Shown here: in pieces, positions 51,799 through 63,000 of the stretch
How positions within the stretch are numbered: position 1 is the first letter of the stretch
How the letters are laid out: each line of letters starts with the position of its first letter
IMG/VR virus record: IMGVR_UViG_3300000101_000006
Coordinates: 9,267 to 73,266 of that record
Direction: 5' to 3' (one strand)
DNA length: 64,000 bases
From: a virus
Position numbers and translations under genes: made by a program
Notes under the pieces: model-generated
The model's database searches: none
Told to the model about the DNA's origin: nothing
What the model saw: the letters and a program-made list of their open reading frames with translations, nothing else

Positions 51799-53990
51799 TT
51801 AAAAGATACTTTGCTACACAAGACAATACAATTACAAACGCATTTGATGAATCTCTAACTACAAGAGGTGTCTCTGGTAGTATGGGTCTTTCCGACATAC
51901 TAGAGGTATTCAGTATATATGGGCAAGTATCATCTTCTGCGAGTGGATTTTCAAAAGAAGAGGCTAGAGTCTTGGTTGAATTTGATTTAACTCAAATCGA
52001 AGCAGATATAGCCAATAAAACAATCCCCTCAAATGCAAAATACTTTCTTAGATTGTTCAACGCCGAACATGGAGAGACCATCCCTAGGGAATATAATCTG
52101 AATGTAAACAGTGTTAACGGCGCTTGGCAGGAAGGCCTGGGGTTGGACATGGAAGGGTACAAGGATTTATCTTCAGGTTTTGGATCTAACTGGATTGTCC
52201 GATCAGGCTCAACAGCGTGGGCTGCCGAAGGTGGTGATATACACGCATCTCCTACTGCTACTCAATTTTTAGACACTGGATTGGAAGATTTAAATGTGGA
52301 TGTAACATCTCAAGTCGCATTGTGGCTAGATAGTACCAAGGCAAATAATGGCTTTCTAGTTAAACTTCCAACTTCATTAACCGACGGCAGCCAACAGAGA
52401 TCTTATTATACCAAAAGATTCTTCGCAAGGGGAACTGAATTTTTCCACAAACGACCATGCTTGGAAGTCCGATGGAATTCGCAAGTGATGGATGATAGAG
52501 TTAATTTCTATTCTTCGTCCTCATTAGCACCAGCAGTAGATAACTTGAATACTCTCTATCTTTATAACTATCACCGTGGTCAACTCACCAACATCCCAAG
52601 CATAGGAGAGGGCAATATATATGTAAATCTCTACGAAACATTGGGGGGATCCCCTCTTGCCCAATGCATAGATACTCCTGCGACTGGAGGATATGTGTCT
52701 ACTGGAATATATACTGCTAGTGTCTGTCTACAAACAACAGCCTCAACCATTCACGACGTGTGGCATAGTGGCTCTCAAGCCTCAACAGTATTGACTTTCG
52801 GACCAAATGTGCCCTCTAACGGGCCTTTGGCCATAAATTTTAGCCAACTAGGGACTTTTACTCTCACCTTTGATAATACAGCAGCGTCAACTGATGCAGA
52901 TGTTGGAAACAAAGCTTCTACAGTTCTGACTTTTGGACCAGAAGTGCCTTCCAATGGTCCGCTAGTAATAGCCTTCGGCGAAGTTGGTACGTTTACTCTC
53001 ACTTTTGATAGTGCAGCCGGCTCAACAGATCCCGATATCGGATCTGATAATGCTGCAACAATAGACCCATCCGCGGAAAGAGATTCAGCAGGCAACGCTC
53101 AGAGAGTCTTATTGTTGTTGAGAGATGGTGTAGAAGGAGATGTGATTAAAAACGCTTATGATTTTGCTTATGATGGGTCGAGTGTTGGCGCCGAGACTGT
53201 GACGATTACTGCTAAAGAAAAAGGTTCAACGCACAACATTACTGTGACGGAAACATTAAGCAACATTTCTTCTGTTGTAACTACTGGCTCTGATAATACT
53301 GCGACAATAAATCAATCGATAGAGGGAGACTCAGCTGGAAACGCCCAGAGAACATTGTTGTTGTTACGAGACGGAGTCACTGGCGATAGGATTAAAAATG
53401 CTTATGATTTTGCTTATGATGGATCGAGTGTCGGTGCTGAAACTGTTACAATTACTGCTAAAGAAAAAGGACCGACACACAATATAGTCGTAACGGAAAC
53501 ATTGGACTATGTTTCTTCCGTTGTGTCCAACGGAAGTATGATCAATTATCACTCTGGAACCATTGACGTTAAGCAATCCACAGCAATCACTGCTGCACCC
53601 GATAATAATCTAGTGGTAACGGTATCAAACAATCGAAGCTTCCACTATAAAGATCAGACAAGTAGATTCTATCTCTACATTAGACAGAAGAATTGGTCAC
53701 CCAACATCTTCACCACAGCAACAACCGTGCCTCAAACTGAAGTGTTTGAGAACCTTTATTATAAAATTATTAAAGTTGCCACAGATGAAACAATCTTTGA
53801 CTACGACACAACAAACAACTCGACTTTGCTATCATACGATTCTCGAGGGAACTATTTTGATTTGGACATAGGAATGTTGGAGCCCAACTACACTTACCAA
53901 GTTGAACTATCCTTGTATAACGTCGCGACCAAGTCGTATGAACAACTTTCTTTCAAGCACAAGTTTAGAGTGGTGAACAATGAGTATTAA
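51795..53990 (+). CDS. Virion protein with a DNRLRE-like N-terminal domain and an internally duplicated insert
   Basis: RVLVEFDL, NNGFLVK, FF.R.....RP.LEVRW; 45-aa and 82-aa tandem repeats. Confidence 0.75.
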   Translation: MIKRYFATQDNTITNAFDESLTTRGVSGSMGLSDILEVFSIYGQVSSSASGFSKEEARVLVEFDLTQIEADIANKTIPSNAKYFLRLFNAEHGETIPREYNLNVNSVNGAWQEGLGLDMEGYKDLSSGFGSNWIVRSGSTAWAAEGGDIHASPTATQFLDTGLEDLNVDVTSQVALWLDSTKANNGFLVKLPTSLTDGSQQRSYYTKRFFARGTEFFHKRPCLEVRWNSQVMDDRVNFYSSSSLAPAVDNLNTLYLYNYHRGQLTNIPSIGEGNIYVNLYETLGGSPLAQCIDTPATGGYVSTGIYTASVCLQTTASTIHDVWHSGSQASTVLTFGPNVPSNGPLAINFSQLGTFTLTFDNTAASTDADVGNKASTVLTFGPEVPSNGPLVIAFGEVGTFTLTFDSAAGSTDPDIGSDNAATIDPSAERDSAGNAQRVLLLLRDGVEGDVIKNAYDFAYDGSSVGAETVTITAKEKGSTHNITVTETLSNISSVVTTGSDNTATINQSIEGDSAGNAQRTLLLLRDGVTGDRIKNAYDFAYDGSSVGAETVTITAKEKGPTHNIVVTETLDYVSSVVSNGSMINYHSGTIDVKQSTAITAAPDNNLVVTVSNNRSFHYKDQTSRFYLYIRQKNWSPNIFTTATTVPQTEVFENLYYKIIKVATDETIFDYDTTNNSTLLSYDSRGNYFDLDIGMLEPNYTYQVELSLYNVATKSYEQLSFKHKFRVVNNEY
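52779..53534 (+). repeat. A-A'-B-B' intragenic tandem duplications
   Basis: 135-nt unit at 52779 and 52914; 246-nt unit at 53043 and 53289, sharing IKNAYDFAYDGSSVGAETVTITAKEKG. Confidence 0.9.
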
Positions 53991-56900
53991 AAATCTTTTC
54001 GGAAAAACCGTAACAAGCTACAATGACGTAGCAGCAGATGTAGAATCAACTGACTTTATCGACGAAGTTGTTGCTAAAAGAGATACCTACTTACCACCAA
54101 TCGACTTTTCTGATCCAAAGAACTTTGTATTCTACGGCTCAGCAGAGCTTTACTATGAAGCAGCCATCAAGAGAATCTATGAAGACTATCCTTATGATGG
54201 ATCAAAAGCCGAACAGATTGACTTTGAAGAGCGGTCATCATACTTGGAACGTTGGCTATACGACAACAAGTATCCAAAGACAACCGGGCATGTTGTGCTC
54301 GGAACTTCTGCTAACCTAACTGCAGCCACTGGCGATTATTTAAACACAACAGTACCTGAGTACATCCGAGTCTGGGGTGGGTTGCATACCGATTCAACAT
54401 CCAATGATTTGGATTATCAACTAGACAACTCTGCAAAGTATGACGCAGAAAATAACAGAACTCAAAATTTCAATTGCGACTTTGGAAACAAAGGTATTAC
54501 TATCGAATTTTGGATGAAAAAGTCTACATACACCTCTACAAACAAAGAGGTCATCTTGGATCTTTCTAACGGCATCACTGGCCCAACACCAAGCCGCTCT
54601 AGGATACTTGTTGAGACTTTTGACGATGCCGGAATTAAGAAGATGGCCATAACTATCGCCCAAGGCGCAGCATCTACAACTGTGACTTTTGCAATGGGCA
54701 CCACTGAGACCGATTGGAACCATTATGCAATCTCAGTTGTAGATATCGCATCAGCCCAATCGTTGGCTAGATTTTACACAAATGGAGAAGAGTCATCATC
54801 ACAATCCATCGCCGGACCATACGGAATCTTGGAAGGTAGATTAGACGGCTTCATTGGCGCACTTCAGGCTGCGTCACCGAACGGTGGTGGTGCAACCAAT
54901 GGTGGTAAACTATCCGCCCAACTCGACGAGTTCCGCTTTTGGAAAACTCGAAGAACATCGAGACAAATCAAGCTCAACTGGTTCCGCGAAATTGGTGGTG
55001 GAGCAAACACTGACGACGCAACATCGGATTTGGGAGTATATCTCAAATTCAACGAAGGCATCACAGGGACAAGCTCAATTGACTCCAACGTTCTAGATTA
55101 CTCAGGACGCTTGGCAAACGGAACTTGGATTGGCTACTCAAGCACAACGAGCGCAAGATCAACAGACTCCGCATTGACTGCTGCTGGCTACACAGAAAAG
55201 CCAAGTCCAATCATCTATTCAACCCACCCTTCCGTCACCGCTCTCGAAGCAGAGATGACCCTTAGTGGATCTGATTATGATTCTGGTAGAGGAGAGGCGT
55301 TCTATCGCTCTCTTCCAAATTGGCTTGTCGAAGACGACAAGACCCTTGGAGACGAGAACTTAAGAAAGATTTCTCACATTATGTCAAGCTATATGGACAC
55401 CTTGAAGGTTCAAATCGATTCACTCAGTAGTTTGCAAGATAAACAATATCTATCGTCTAGCTATAAATCATCCCCATTCTCCGAGGAGCTCTTGAAGGGC
55501 AAAGGGTTCACAACGAGTGAAATGTTTCTTTCATCGGAAGTATTCGAGGCATTCTCAGACGTTGATTATGATGCTAGACAATTCGACCTCAATATTGATG
55601 AAATTAAGAATCTCATCTTCACAAACATTTACAACAACCTCGAGAACATCTACAACTCAAAGGGAACTGAAAAGTCAATTAGAAACCTCATCCGATGCTT
55701 CGGTATTGATGATGAACTAATCAAACTAAACCAATATACAGACAATGGAACGCAATATCTTGGAGACAAATATAGAACAACATCTGTAAAGAAGAAGTAC
55801 ATCAATCTTAATAGTGCAACCCTGTTTTCTGGGACAATGTATCAAAGCGGCTCTAGAACATTCATTTCCGGCTCCAACAATGCCTCTGTAGCTGCGTTTA
55901 CGATGGAAGCTGATATAGTAGTGCCCAACAAGAAAGAAATAGGAGAGAATGGATTCTTCGCAACACCATTCCTATCTGCATCCGTGATGGGTTTTCACGA
56001 GGCAATGCCGACCGATGCTTCGAACTTTACTTGGTGGGCAGATCAGCTTGCTGCAACTGCAGCTGCAACGGGTCAAATAACTCTCAATAGTACTGCCGCA
56101 GTATCAACGTGGGAAGGTGAAACGATAACATTGACGTCCACCAGTGGAGTTACTAGAACTTATGAATTTACAGCAACAGGCACTGGAACCAGTGGTAACC
56201 TATTGCCCAATGGAAATATTGAGGTAGTAATAGGTGTGCTGTGGTTGACTACTAGGAATCTTCGTGATGCAATCAATTCCGTTAACGGACATGGCGCTAC
56301 GATAACGGCAACATGGACAGCCGCTTCCCCAAATTACAACATTGGACTAACGCAAGACCTATCCGGCGCAAACGGAAACACTATTATAACTTCGACATTT
56401 CCTCTGTCAATAATTACGATTACCAACTTCACCGGTGGAACTTCAACATTCAAAGAAGCTCGAGACCTCCAAGTCTATCTTGTTCGAGACTCAAGTGAGT
56501 CAAAGCATGGAAAGTTCGTAATAAAGAACCAAACCGAAACAATCTATCAAGAGTCGGATTATGTCTATGATATTTACGAAGAAGAACACTACAATGTCGC
56601 TTTAAGAATTAAGCCTCAAACTTATCCGTACGCTGGTAACGTTACAAACATAACACCAGATTATGACATTGAACTATATGCAGTATCTCACAACTTCGAC
56701 GAACTTAAGGAAGAAGTATTGGTCACAACAACTGTAGATAACGCCACGGGATCTGCCTATCTTCAAGCACCAAAGAGGATCTATGCAGCATCACATTACG
56801 AAAACTTCACAGGCTCCGTACTTCACAAGACTGATTTGGAGTTTGGTAGAGTCTCTGCATGGCTTGACTACTTACCTAATAGCTCTATTCAAGAGCACAA

Positions 56901-59900
56901 TAAAGATGTCTTAAACTATGGTAACTTTAAATCCATAGATGGCTCAAATGCCTTCGCAATTACCGACACCCAAATTCCAACAATGGACTTATCCATTTTA
57001 AATTGGGACTTTGATACCGTTACGACTTCCGACTCTTCTGGAGAATTCGTCATAGAAGATACTACTTCTGGCTCTTCCGATACAATCTATGGATGGGTTG
57101 ACAACATCATCCGCCGAGAGCACGATGGTAAAGGAGATAACTTCCCAACAACTTCAACTGCATTTTTGGAAAATGAATTCCTCTATGCGACCAAGAAGGA
57201 GTTACCGGAGACCTCATTCAATTCTAACAATATCTTCATCAAAGGCGATAGACAGATCTTCTTCGGAGAAGACGAAGATGTGAGCGACAACTTATTCGTT
57301 CTAGAAAAGTCACCCGCTGCAACCGTCTCAGAGGAGATGCTTAAGTTATTCTCAACAACTCAAGAGTTTTCTAATCTATTTGGACGTCATGTTGATAGAT
57401 ATAGAATAGAATACAAAGACGTGAACAGAGCAAGACAACTGTTCTATCAGAGAGTAGACACTGGATTAGACTTTGACAAGTTCTTCACATACTTCAAGTG
57501 GATAGACCAGTCCATTTCTGAAATGATAAATCAACTCATACCGGCTTCTGTTAACTTTGCTGGTGGAGTAACCGATATCATCGAACCACATCTTCTCGAA
57601 AGAGACAAATATCAAAGGCAAATTGGCTTACTAACAACTGTTACATCCACCGAAGCATCTGCTCGTGGAGTGCAAGAGCTGAACTACAATTGGAGAATCG
57701 GCCACGCTCCTCTTCCAACGGAAGATCAAGACTCAAACTCTTTGTGGCAAAGTGAGCGTAGAGAAAGAGCAACAACGGATGCTGAAATCATCCGCGAAGT
57801 TATTATTCGACAAACAGACCAAGAGTTCACAAACCCAATCAACCTTCCAACAGCTCCAAACTCCAAAACGTTATATTCTGGAAGTGTATATGCAACCCGA
57901 AGATTCTCGAGACCATATTCTGTCGAAACAGACTTCAGCGACTCAATTCATGGTGGGATCAATTATGTTAAGAGCAAAGACCGAGACTTGTTCAAGTCTG
58001 GTATCGGGCTTCACTCACCAATAGGCTCTACCGGTGCCCCTAAGAACGTCATAACATTCGGTGCCGGACTTGGTGATGGTTTGAATGTTCTCGAGGTTGA
58101 TATGGACAAGGACACCCGTAAACCCAACGAGATGATCAGGTACGATGGATTTGGGTTGATGGGTAGATATACAGATTTTGTACATTCGGAATATGCACCA
58201 GTATCTCCAGAAGTTGATTACTACAGTAGGAGAAAAGTTTGCAATCTTTTTATTGGAAATATCGTCTCTAGTAGTGTTGATACTGGATACAATGCTTTAA
58301 TTAATGTCTCTGGTTCTGGTTTTCGTGTTGGCGTTAATGTAGTAAATCTACATTCCGACACGACAGACATCACAAACGTCATCCCCCTTCAGGGCCCATT
58401 CACGAATCGTTGGATTGGAGGTAGACAATCTAGACATACTGCTTTGAACAATCCCGGCAAGTTTAGAAACTCGCCTAGTGCCGTACCTAACGACTTGGAT
58501 TGCGAATTTTCAAGACCAGAAGAGTATCGACTCTTGGTTGGAAAAAACCCTATTCTCAATACTGGATCGATAGGAGACTTAAATCCTATTGAGCCAGATC
58601 AAGATGGAGCATTAGGATTCACGGCACCTGACTATGGACTTACAAGTACAAACACGTGGCCTGATACTGACCGATTATATTCAATATTTTATCGTGAAGA
58701 GCGAGCAAAGCGTCCATTGAATATCAAGAATATTCAAACAACCACATCTTCTGTATCTCACGGAAACTACCAACATGAGTACGAGGTATTCTCAACGTTT
58801 GGAGATCAGGGTTATTTCTTAAAGAGAGCCGGAAACCTATTACCACCAGCCATCGCTAGCGAACTACCTGAGACTACAAATTATTCTACCTTGATCGCAC
58901 AATCCGAAGGGACGCCTGCAGGAAATATCGGTAATTTACAACTGAACCAACCTGGTGGTCCTCAAAGTAATCGATTAGTAAATTCCAACATTACTCCGAC
59001 TCAAGACCGCACAACAGGATCTGGACATGTTATTCGAACTAGGTTTTCCGCTCCTGGTGGCCCTGAAATCAACACATCTGGTTATTTAGACATAGCGACT
59101 CAACAATATTCTGTTTATAATTCAATGAACTTTAGAAACTTATCTGTGCGAACCAATGGTTCCGGAGAAACTGATACACCCAGAGTGAACTCTCACTCGG
59201 ACCGTAGAGAGGGCTTGAGGACTCTATTATCGCGACATCAGGGAAAGTTTGGAATTGACTCAAAGCATGGTTCCATCAATTCTTCCGATTACGTTTCCGA
59301 AGCTTCATTTCACAAGCAACACAGAAACACAACAAAAGTTGCTAAGCTTGGGGACTTCACAAATCCAAAATGGACAACTGAGACATCTGGTACGACCAAT
59401 CGTTACGACAGTGCCGTAATTAACACTCCGATTCCTGCTTCTGATTTCCAATATTCTTGGATCAATGCTGCGATTAGTGGGTCTAACTGGGAAGCGGATC
59501 AAAAGGTCTTAACTTATGCACCAAAGAACGGTATGATGAGTTCCTCTGTAGGTTTTACCGAGGCAATTATCTTTCCGGCAATTTCGGACATCTCTTGTTG
59601 CTTTGATGAACTAGCCTTCAGAATAGTGTATGATTTAAGTGAAGGGGCAACTAACACTATCACAACTGATACAACATTGACTGTTAGCTCCTCCGATAGC
59701 GGAACTACAGGTAATGGACAAATCTACCAAAATGATATAGTGAATATGGATGTTCAAATTACAAACCTTGGTTGCTGCGAAGACGACACTTTGAAATATC
59801 GAATTGTATCAGTACCATCCACTGGTGATACCGTAGACACCGGTTGGCAAACCTCGGAACAAGACCCGCCAAGCAACATAATTAAGGATAATAACGAAGA

Positions 59901-60000
59901 CAACCCTGGATCAATCGTCATCACCTTCTATGTTGAAGATTGCGATGGAAATGTTAAAACCATCGTAGTAACACTTCTAAAGGCAAAGTTTAATACATAA
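53980..60000 (+). CDS. 2006-aa LamG/ConA-domain virion (tail or baseplate) protein
   Basis: ITIEFWMK, WNHYAIS, LDEFRFW...RT..QI; then YNSKGT..SIRNL.RCFG, resembling a gpI/tail P2-type wedge segment. Confidence 0.8.
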   Translation: MSIKNLFGKTVTSYNDVAADVESTDFIDEVVAKRDTYLPPIDFSDPKNFVFYGSAELYYEAAIKRIYEDYPYDGSKAEQIDFEERSSYLERWLYDNKYPKTTGHVVLGTSANLTAATGDYLNTTVPEYIRVWGGLHTDSTSNDLDYQLDNSAKYDAENNRTQNFNCDFGNKGITIEFWMKKSTYTSTNKEVILDLSNGITGPTPSRSRILVETFDDAGIKKMAITIAQGAASTTVTFAMGTTETDWNHYAISVVDIASAQSLARFYTNGEESSSQSIAGPYGILEGRLDGFIGALQAASPNGGGATNGGKLSAQLDEFRFWKTRRTSRQIKLNWFREIGGGANTDDATSDLGVYLKFNEGITGTSSIDSNVLDYSGRLANGTWIGYSSTTSARSTDSALTAAGYTEKPSPIIYSTHPSVTALEAEMTLSGSDYDSGRGEAFYRSLPNWLVEDDKTLGDENLRKISHIMSSYMDTLKVQIDSLSSLQDKQYLSSSYKSSPFSEELLKGKGFTTSEMFLSSEVFEAFSDVDYDARQFDLNIDEIKNLIFTNIYNNLENIYNSKGTEKSIRNLIRCFGIDDELIKLNQYTDNGTQYLGDKYRTTSVKKKYINLNSATLFSGTMYQSGSRTFISGSNNASVAAFTMEADIVVPNKKEIGENGFFATPFLSASVMGFHEAMPTDASNFTWWADQLAATAAATGQITLNSTAAVSTWEGETITLTSTSGVTRTYEFTATGTGTSGNLLPNGNIEVVIGVLWLTTRNLRDAINSVNGHGATITATWTAASPNYNIGLTQDLSGANGNTIITSTFPLSIITITNFTGGTSTFKEARDLQVYLVRDSSESKHGKFVIKNQTETIYQESDYVYDIYEEEHYNVALRIKPQTYPYAGNVTNITPDYDIELYAVSHNFDELKEEVLVTTTVDNATGSAYLQAPKRIYAASHYENFTGSVLHKTDLEFGRVSAWLDYLPNSSIQEHNKDVLNYGNFKSIDGSNAFAITDTQIPTMDLSILNWDFDTVTTSDSSGEFVIEDTTSGSSDTIYGWVDNIIRREHDGKGDNFPTTSTAFLENEFLYATKKELPETSFNSNNIFIKGDRQIFFGEDEDVSDNLFVLEKSPAATVSEEMLKLFSTTQEFSNLFGRHVDRYRIEYKDVNRARQLFYQRVDTGLDFDKFFTYFKWIDQSISEMINQLIPASVNFAGGVTDIIEPHLLERDKYQRQIGLLTTVTSTEASARGVQELNYNWRIGHAPLPTEDQDSNSLWQSERRERATTDAEIIREVIIRQTDQEFTNPINLPTAPNSKTLYSGSVYATRRFSRPYSVETDFSDSIHGGINYVKSKDRDLFKSGIGLHSPIGSTGAPKNVITFGAGLGDGLNVLEVDMDKDTRKPNEMIRYDGFGLMGRYTDFVHSEYAPVSPEVDYYSRRKVCNLFIGNIVSSSVDTGYNALINVSGSGFRVGVNVVNLHSDTTDITNVIPLQGPFTNRWIGGRQSRHTALNNPGKFRNSPSAVPNDLDCEFSRPEEYRLLVGKNPILNTGSIGDLNPIEPDQDGALGFTAPDYGLTSTNTWPDTDRLYSIFYREERAKRPLNIKNIQTTTSSVSHGNYQHEYEVFSTFGDQGYFLKRAGNLLPPAIASELPETTNYSTLIAQSEGTPAGNIGNLQLNQPGGPQSNRLVNSNITPTQDRTTGSGHVIRTRFSAPGGPEINTSGYLDIATQQYSVYNSMNFRNLSVRTNGSGETDTPRVNSHSDRREGLRTLLSRHQGKFGIDSKHGSINSSDYVSEASFHKQHRNTTKVAKLGDFTNPKWTTETSGTTNRYDSAVINTPIPASDFQYSWINAAISGSNWEADQKVLTYAPKNGMMSSSVGFTEAIIFPAISDISCCFDELAFRIVYDLSEGATNTITTDTTLTVSSSDSGTTGNGQIYQNDIVNMDVQITNLGCCEDDTLKYRIVSVPSTGDTVDTGWQTSEQDPPSNIIKDNNEDNPGSIVITFYVEDCDGNVKTIVVTLLKAKFNT

Positions 60001-60026
60001 ACTATTTAGTCTAAAAAGGAACTGCA

Positions 60027-63000
60027 ATGTCTAATTTTAAAGATTTCGTTGGAATAAATATTTGTATTTATGAGCCAACCCTCAACGATTCCGGCGCTAT
60101 AGGGGGAAATACTCTTGGATATGATCCAAACAATGCATTTTTCTACACAGATAATGTGGGCATTGGGAATGTTGGGCCCCTTACGAAGGCTCCCGTCTCG
60201 AAAACGCTAGTGTTACTAAACCTCCACAGGAATGGACCATATGGATATCCAATGTGGAAACAGATGAGGACATCTCAGAATCACTTGACTCGAGCCCTGA
60301 ATGCGAAAAACACATTTACATATGTACAAGAGCCGGGTGCCTTGTTGGGTACAAAGCAGGCAAAGTATGGAAACATCATCAGCTTAAAGGAACCGACAAT
60401 TTCGAGTAACTTACCGATTTCACTTATAGGTGAAGTTGCGATCTACAATGAAGAGTTGGGAATATTTGAAAAGAAACCAGTTGAAATCAAAACAGCATTC
60501 AATAATGAGACAGTATTTTTTGCGAACCAACAAGCCAATGAATACTTTAATACAATATCTCAAACCGATGAGAACTATGAAACCTTAAAAGAAATGTATT
60601 TAGACGGAGGTCTCGACGACGAAGGTTCTTTGCTTGACTCATTCTCTCTTTTGACTTATCGTCAAACGATTTGGCCAAAGCAACAATTCACATACCTCAA
60701 TAGGACAAGATCTAGAACCTTCTATGTTAACACATTTTGGAGAAGTGCGAGAGATGACCGATCGCAACTAAATGTGGATAATGGCTTCGGCGCAACAGTC
60801 CCATCACAATCCATGTGGTCTTTAGACGCAAGATTGGATTTCAAAACAAGAACCGCGAAAACAAATACTGCAGTTCCAGCAGACCCATTCGCTAAATTTG
60901 AATTTGATATCGGAGGTACGTCAGCAGATGATACTGAAAATTCTCCAGGACAATTATTAAATAGGTACTCAACATTCACTTTAGCTGGATTTTACAACAA
61001 AACAACTGGTGAACCAGCATTTGCCCAAAACTTTTTGACGGCATCTTTGACTTTGGATGTTGGATCGGCGTTAACAGCATCCGCGATTTATTCGAGACTA
61101 CATACTTTGAAGAATCTTTTTTCAGGCATTAACCCAAGCGGCCCGTTCCTCATAAACAATGAAATGGTAGATGATCAGGTCGCGGGAGCACCCCTGTGGC
61201 CTTCAAATAGTACTGGGTCGATATTCAACGGACACGCAAATTGGGATGCTCCAGCATTGTCGGGAAAAGAACCATTCTATGATTCATATGAGAAATTTTC
61301 CGAAGACATTAAGAGAAAAGGGAAGGGATATTCAATTATTCCGGAATTCAAGATAAGCGCTCATGTAGAAGAGTATCAAACCAAAGGAGTTACAGCGAAA
61401 CTTAGTAACATTTTTGAATTGTCTGGTGGATTATCTCAAAATACAACAACAGAAAGCGAGCCAAATTTCTACAAGATACTTTCTACAACTGATTTTTTAA
61501 AACATTTTGATCTAGTGAAAAAAGACCACAAAGGCTTCGCAGACGAAAAGATATTGACAATAAAATGTAAAGCAATTAAAAAGTTCGTTCCCTATGAGGG
61601 ATTCTACCCTAATCAACGAACTATGGACATATCCCGTCAATTCTCATCTAGCTATGGTCAAAACATCAGTGTAAGCACTTCTGGCTCAAATGTTACGATT
61701 TCTAATTATGATCAATTTTCAATAAAACCTCTCCTTACTCCCATTTGTGCCCCGGGAATCTTGTTCAATACGATAAAATCTGGGATTGCTGTTGATTTTC
61801 CATTGATTTTTCAAGAAGACATTATCAAGAATACTGGTGAAGGCTTCAATACTTTCATCTATGCAGATGATATAGGTAGAAGAATTAACGGCACTACGAC
61901 ATCTGGATCGTACACACCAAGTGACACGAACAATATGTTGCTGGGCCATACCGAAAGAACCCCATTGGATAAGTATGATTCGATTTATTCAAGCAGAATT
62001 CCATTCGAAGCTCTTGTAGAGCCAGAGGTGTATTTAGCAAATGAGAACTTGATTCTACAAGAACCACACGTATTTGGACTAAGCGACTTTGAAATTGAAG
62101 CCAACTGGGACGGTGGTGGAAACTCTCTATATAAAAAAATGATTTCCAACTTCCTCGCAGAAGTACCTGAATTCTTTATAAGCAATAAAAACTTCAAAAC
62201 AATCTCGTCGTTAGAAGAGCAAAACCCAGAATTTGGAAATGCAATCTCAGGGACTTATTATTTGATGCGAGTTAAAATGACTAAGAGCAGAGAGGGTACA
62301 AATAAGACCCTTGGAGGTCTTGGTGGCTTCCCAGTAGTTCCTCCTCAAGATGTTGTGTCACAAGGTATCAACACTCTAGGTCAAAACCCATCTGGTGGTT
62401 TTGCGACTGGTAGATCTAGAACCGTTAGAGAGTCGATCACAATGTATTCTAGACCTAGCTCTTTTGGCCCACCTTCAATAGGAGATGGCGGAAATATTGA
62501 AATTAATGGTCTCAGCTTTTGGATGGGATCATCTTGGGGATTTAATTTCCCATATACTCCACCTTACTATCACGGAGAATCTTGGTGCGATTTGGTTTTC
62601 TATGCCGATGAAACAAAGAAGTATACTTTGGACGAGATCCTTTCAGGATCAAAAGAATATCCTTACTTTACCAGATATTGGAACCCATCATTTCATGATG
62701 CACTAAGGGACCTTAGTGGATATCGAAATAGCCAAGATCCACTGAGTGCAACCACCGGGATCAGCGGAAGTAGGTATGAAAAATACTACGACTCCCCATG
62801 GGCAGATCTGATGACGAACCCAGTAACAAGAATTTATGAATCTATCGAACCAATTTCTCAAAGCTCTGCAAACCTTGACTACGATTGGGAGGTTTGGGGT
62901 AATATGGTTAGAAACAACGTCACATCCAGCTGGAAAGCTCCGCAAACTGTTCCCGGTGGAACCCAAGCCCAAAACGAAGCAGCGTGGAGATATACAGGTC

